A stretch of DNA of 64,000 nucleotides, taken from an uncultured bacterium. Its GTDB lineage: Bacteria > Krumholzibacteriota > Krumholzibacteriia > LZORAL124-64-63. The notes beneath the pieces were generated by a model. The model searched no databases, was not told where the DNA came from, and was given only the letters and a program-made list of their open reading frames with translations. The stretch is from assembly GCA_963732385.1 (NCBI GenBank), contig CAVSZB010000008.1, forward strand, positions 32,001 to 96,000, in the 5' to 3' direction. Shown in pieces: positions 59,916-64,000 of this stretch (the stretch's first letter is position 1; each line of letters starts with the position of its first letter). A program made the translations under genes and the position numbers.

Positions 59916-60968
59916 ATGCGCGGCCCACCACTGATCGAACTGCATACCCACCTCGAGGGTTCGCTGACGCCTGCCCGCCTGGTCGCGCTGGCGGAGCGGC
60001 ACGGCGTGGCGGCGGCGCCGGCCGCCTGCCTCGCTCCGGACGGCGCGAAATACCGGCCCACGGCCGGCTTCGCCGACTTCCTGGAGCTCTACAAGGCGGT
60101 CACCGCCGTCATCCGGACTCCGGCCGATCACCATGTCGTGGCGCTCGACCTGGCGGCGGCGCTGGCGCGCGACGGAGTGGCGTATTCCGAGGTGTCGGTG
60201 TCGTACGGCGTGCTGCTGCGGCGCGAGATCGATCCGCGGCCGATCCAGACCGCGCTGCACGAGGCGGCCGAAGAGGCGCGGGAGAGGTTCGATGTGACGA
60301 TGCGCTGGATCCCCGACGCGGTGCGGCAGTTCGGCCCCGGGGCCGCGCAGCGAGCGCTCGAAGCCGCGCTCGCGGGCGGGCGTCCGCGCGGCGTGGTCGG
60401 CTTTGGCATCGGCGGTGACGAGGACGCCGTGGCGGCGGCGGAGTTCGCCGGCGTCTGCGCCGACGCCCGCGCCGCCGGCCTCGGCGTGACGATCCACGCC
60501 GGGGAGACCGGCGGACCCGCCGCCGTGCGCGACGCGGTGCTCGCCTGCGGCGCGACGCGCGTCGGGCACGGCATCGGCGCCGTGCTCGGGCCGCTGCGCG
60601 ACGGCGCGCGAGTGGCGCCCGCGTTGGCCGAGATCGACGACACGCTCGCCCTGCTCGCCGAGCGCAGCGTATTCGTCGAACTGTGCCCTGGCGGCAACCT
60701 CGCCACCGGCGTTCTCGAGAGCGCCGCCGCGCACCCCCTGCGCGCGTTCCTCGACCGTGGCGTGCCGTGCGGTCTCGGTACGGACGATCGCGCGCTGTTC
60801 GGTCTCGACCTGCGGGGAGAGTACGCGCGCGCCGCCGCTGATCACGGTCTCACCGTGGCCGAGGCCGCCGGCATGCAGTCGGCCGCGCTGGCGGCTTTGT
60901 TCGGCGGGGAGACGCTGCGGACGAACCTGCGCGAGCGGCTGGCCGGACCGGTTGGCGGGGCGGACTAG
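59916..60968 (+). CDS. add: Adenosine/adenine deaminase family
   Basis: ELHTHLEGS; GIGGDE; HAGE; RVGHG; ELCP..N; HP; TDD. Confidence 0.88.
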   Translation: MRGPPLIELHTHLEGSLTPARLVALAERHGVAAAPAACLAPDGAKYRPTAGFADFLELYKAVTAVIRTPADHHVVALDLAAALARDGVAYSEVSVSYGVLLRREIDPRPIQTALHEAAEEARERFDVTMRWIPDAVRQFGPGAAQRALEAALAGGRPRGVVGFGIGGDEDAVAAAEFAGVCADARAAGLGVTIHAGETGGPAAVRDAVLACGATRVGHGIGAVLGPLRDGARVAPALAEIDDTLALLAERSVFVELCPGGNLATGVLESAAAHPLRAFLDRGVPCGLGTDDRALFGLDLRGEYARAAADHGLTVAEAAGMQSAALAALFGGETLRTNLRERLAGPVGGAD

Positions 60969-62662
60969 CCGGCCGTAAGTCCACGCAGCCGCTCGATCTC
61001 CGGCGCGATCTGCTCGTCTTCGATCCGCGGGAACAGGATCTCCGGCCGGCCGATCGCCCGGCCCGGCGGAAGCGGGAGCGTGCCTTCGGTCCAGCCGCCG
61101 TGGTGCAGGTCGCCGGTCATGCCGAGCCAGCCCCACACCTTCTCGGCCGCGAACGGCGTGATCGGGGCGAGCATGAGGGTGAGCATGCGGATGATCTGGA
61201 AAGCCACGCCCATCGACTGGGCGCAGCGCGGCAGGTCGTCCTTGCGGGTGCGGAAAGGTGCCGCCTCGTCGAAGTAGCGGTTGCCCGCCTTCCCGGCCGC
61301 GAAGAGCGCCTCCACCGCGTTGCGGATCTCGAACGCCTCCACCGCCGCCACGTAACGGTCGAGGCACTCGCCGACCTCGTCAAGAGCCGCGCGGTCCACG
61401 GCCGTCATGGCGGTCTCCGACCACTCCGGCACGCGGCCTTCGAAGTACTTGTGCGTGAAGGCGAGCACGCGGTTGACGAGATTCCCGAAATTGTTGCCCA
61501 GCTCGTTGTTGTGCCGCGCCTGGAAACCGTCCCAGGTGAAGTCGGTGTCACGTGTCTCGGGCAGGTTGCGCGCCAGCGCATAGCGCAGGCTGTCGGCGGG
61601 GAATTTCGCCAGATAGTCGGGCAGCCAGACGGCGAAGCCGCGGCTGGTGGAGAGTTTGTTGCCCTCCAGGTTCAGAAACTCGTTTGCCGGCACGTTGTCC
61701 GGCAGGATGTAAGGCTCGCTGTGCGCCATCAGCATCGCCGGGAACATGATGGCGTGGAAGACGATATTATCCTTGCCGATGAAGTGGAGCAGCCGCGTGC
61801 CGGGGTCCTGCCACCAGATGCGCCACGCGTCGGGCTCGCCGCGCGTGGCCGCCCATTCGCGCGTGGCGGAGATGTAGCCGATCGGCGCGTCGAACCAGAC
61901 GTAGATGACCTTGCCCTCGTGCTCCGGCAGCGGCACCGGCACGCCCCACGACAGGTCGCGCGTGATGGCGCGGTCGTCAAGCCCCTGGGCGAACCAGCCG
62001 CGGCAGTAGTTGAGGACGTTTTCCCGCCAGGTCGGCTGGCCGGCCAGCCAGGCCTCGAGGCGCGGCTGCCAGTCGCCCAGTGGCAGGAACCAGTGCCGCG
62101 TGGCGCGGGTCTCGGGAGCGGCGCCGCAGGTGGCGCAGTGCGGCTCGACCAGTTCGAGCTGGTTGAGCGCCGTGCCGCACTTCTCGCACTGGTCGCCGCG
62201 CGCGCCGGCGCTGCCGCACTTCGGACAGGTGCCCTCGACGTAGCGGTCGGCCAGGAAACGGGCGCAGGCGGGGCAGAAGAACTGGTCGGTGGTCTTCTGC
62301 TTCAGCTTCCCCTGCCGGTGCAGATCGAGGAAGAACGCCTGGCTCGTCTCGGTGTGGATGGGCCGGCTCGTCTGGGAGAAATTGTCGAAAGAGATGCCCA
62401 GGGCGGCGAACGAGTCGCGGATCGAGGCGTGATTGCGGTCGACCAGCTCCTGCGGCGTGATCCCCAGCGACTCGGCCGTCTTGGTGATCGGCACGCCGTA
62501 CTCGTCGGTACCGCAGATGAACAGCACCTCGCGACCGAGCAGCCGGAGCGTTCGTGCATAGATGTCGGCCGGCAGGTAGGCGCCGGCCAGGTGCCCGAGG
62601 TGCAGGTCGCCGTTGGCGTAGGGCAGCGCCGCGGTGATGAGGGTTCGTTGCCAGCAGCTCAA
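60965..62662 (-). CDS. metG: Methionine--tRNA ligase (short form, no C-terminal tRNA-binding domain)
   Basis: TTG start 8 nt after GGAGG; ALPYANG.LHLGH; Zn knuckles; YVWFDA; IGKDN; KLSTS. Confidence 0.95.
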   Translation of the reverse strand: MSCWQRTLITAALPYANGDLHLGHLAGAYLPADIYARTLRLLGREVLFICGTDEYGVPITKTAESLGITPQELVDRNHASIRDSFAALGISFDNFSQTSRPIHTETSQAFFLDLHRQGKLKQKTTDQFFCPACARFLADRYVEGTCPKCGSAGARGDQCEKCGTALNQLELVEPHCATCGAAPETRATRHWFLPLGDWQPRLEAWLAGQPTWRENVLNYCRGWFAQGLDDRAITRDLSWGVPVPLPEHEGKVIYVWFDAPIGYISATREWAATRGEPDAWRIWWQDPGTRLLHFIGKDNIVFHAIMFPAMLMAHSEPYILPDNVPANEFLNLEGNKLSTSRGFAVWLPDYLAKFPADSLRYALARNLPETRDTDFTWDGFQARHNNELGNNFGNLVNRVLAFTHKYFEGRVPEWSETAMTAVDRAALDEVGECLDRYVAAVEAFEIRNAVEALFAAGKAGNRYFDEAAPFRTRKDDLPRCAQSMGVAFQIIRMLTLMLAPITPFAAEKVWGWLGMTGDLHHGGWTEGTLPLPPGRAIGRPEILFPRIEDEQIAPEIERLRGLTAG

Positions 62663-62715
62663 CGGCGCGGCCTCCGGTTCGGGGGTACGGGCGCGGGTGC
62701 ATCCAGGGGGCCAAA

Positions 62716-64000
62716 CTAGAACAACGCGGCGGGTGGCGGCAAGGGCTCGTTGCCGTAGACGTGGGTATCGAGCCAGGCGCGGCAGTCCAGGTGGCAAAGC
62801 CGGCGCACCGATGCCACGAGCGATGCGCGCGTGAGCGGCCCGTTCGCGCGCCGGGTGTGGAGGTCGCGCAGGATCGCATCGAGCGGGTGGTCGCGGCCGG
62901 TGCGCTCGGCGAGCCAGGCGTCGAACTGCTGCGCGGCGAGGGTGCTTCCGGCATAGGCGTAACGGGTCGTTTCCCCGTCGCGCAGCAGGCCGCGCGCCGC
63001 GGCGGCGATGGTCTCGCGCCCACGCAGCGGACTGCTCACGTAGTGGGCCTCCACCCTCCCTCCCACCACATCCCGTGCGCGCGTCTCCGTCCAGATGCCG
63101 GCCTCGACCAGCAGGCGCGCCGCGTACCACGACGTGGCGCCTTCGACGAACCAGTTCATCTCCGTTCCTTGCTGGCGGATCTCCTCGCCCAGCCAGCCGT
63201 GGAACATTTCGTGCGCGATCAGGCTGGCGGCCTTGTCCTCCAGGTCGCTCCAGGTCGCAGACGGGTCGAGGAGCAGCAGCAGTGAGTGTCCCACGTGCAG
63301 CCCGTAGTAGGGAAAACCGGCGGTGGCAGGCAGCGGATTCGCATCGACGAGCACCAGCATGGAGGGGTGCGGCGGGGCGCCGAAGAAGGCGATCTCCGCC
63401 TCGCCGATCCGCGTCACCAGATGCGCGAGTTCGGCGTCCGAGAAGGCCCAGTCCCCGCGCACGGCCAGACGCACGGCGCAACCGGCGACCTTCTGCTCGC
63501 GCAGCCGCGGATCGCCCCAGGCGAGGAGGGCATCGGTCAGGTCGCGCAGGTCGGTCGGGGTGTACACGATGCCGGCGGGCGTCCCCGCGGCGGGCCAGGG
63601 AGTGGCCAGCAGGCCGGGCGCGGCCGCCGGGCCGCCAGTGAAGCGCACCGTGAGCCCGCCGATGCGCACGTCGTCGGGCACCAGGAACAGATGGAAGCCC
63701 GCTATCCGCAGCCCCCCGTCGCTGCGCGCCGAGAGGTGGGCGCGGATGTCGGGACTGGCGGCGCCGGGCGGCGGCAGCGTCACGCGATACTGCAGCGCGC
63801 CGCCCCGACCCATGCCGTCGACGGTCCAGCTGCGTCCCTGCGGGCGCACCGGCAGGGGGGCGCCGCGCCCCCCCTCCAGGGTGAAGTTCCAGGCCGCCAG
63901 CGGCGTGACGACGACGCCGCCCGCCGCGTCGTCGAACAGGCCTCCAGGCCGGATCAGACGGAGCGTACCAGGCGGCTGCCCGGTGGCGCGCAGGGTGACG
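62716..64000 (-). CDS. M61/M1-like zinc metallopeptidase (5' truncated by window)
   Basis: AHEMFH.W.G plus WFVEGATSWY (gluzincin HExxH...E); frame open to the window end. Confidence 0.75.
   Translation of the reverse strand, partial: VTLRATGQPPGTLRLIRPGGLFDDAAGGVVVTPLAAWNFTLEGGRGAPLPVRPQGRSWTVDGMGRGGALQYRVTLPPPGAASPDIRAHLSARSDGGLRIAGFHLFLVPDDVRIGGLTVRFTGGPAAAPGLLATPWPAAGTPAGIVYTPTDLRDLTDALLAWGDPRLREQKVAGCAVRLAVRGDWAFSDAELAHLVTRIGEAEIAFFGAPPHPSMLVLVDANPLPATAGFPYYGLHVGHSLLLLLDPSATWSDLEDKAASLIAHEMFHGWLGEEIRQQGTEMNWFVEGATSWYAARLLVEAGIWTETRARDVVGGRVEAHYVSSPLRGRETIAAAARGLLRDGETTRYAYAGSTLAAQQFDAWLAERTGRDHPLDAILRDLHTRRANGPLTRASLVASVRRLCHLDCRAWLDTHVYGNEPLPPPAALF

Noticed and set aside
60965..63481. 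838-aa version of MetG with a long N-terminal extension
   Set aside because: The extension overlaps the peptidase gene in another frame. A TTG with a GGAGG RBS at 62662 sits right before the conserved MetRS start.

Overview
High-GC bacterial chromosome window, mostly core housekeeping sequence. The FlgD-type C-terminal domain of a secreted protein, the DUF5916 protein and the GldAFG-like transporter suggest a high-GC FCB-group lineage such as Krumholzibacteriota or Latescibacterota; this is inference only. 1-8 kb is the 3' end of a surface-polysaccharide/glycosylation locus (GtrB-like GT2, GtrA, GT-C membrane transferase, GT4, Wzx flippase, a decayed IS256, GT2, VanZ-like). 8-14 kb holds ispF-ddl-cysS, a gene remnant and a CBM9/DUF5916 protein. 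14-48.6 kb is the complete translation/transcription supercluster: tRNA-Thr/Tyr/Gly/Thr, tuf, rpmG, tRNA-Trp, secE, nusG, rplKAJL, rpoBC, str, S10, spc and alpha. 48.7-64 kb holds fabH, a GldA/GldF-GldG/DUF4340 ABC system, an M23 peptidase, an FG-GAP secreted protein, an HD-GYP protein, adenosine deaminase, metG and a partial M61-like peptidase. I found no CRISPR array, rRNA, prophage or defence system. The most interesting signal is that the str-operon EF-G has lost the domain IV tip motifs needed for translocation (EF-G2/recycling-like) and is preceded by a 180-nt spacer that folds into a nested multi-stem RNA, a candidate undescribed cis-regulatory element. All calls were made by eye from motifs and gene order; no database searches were run.
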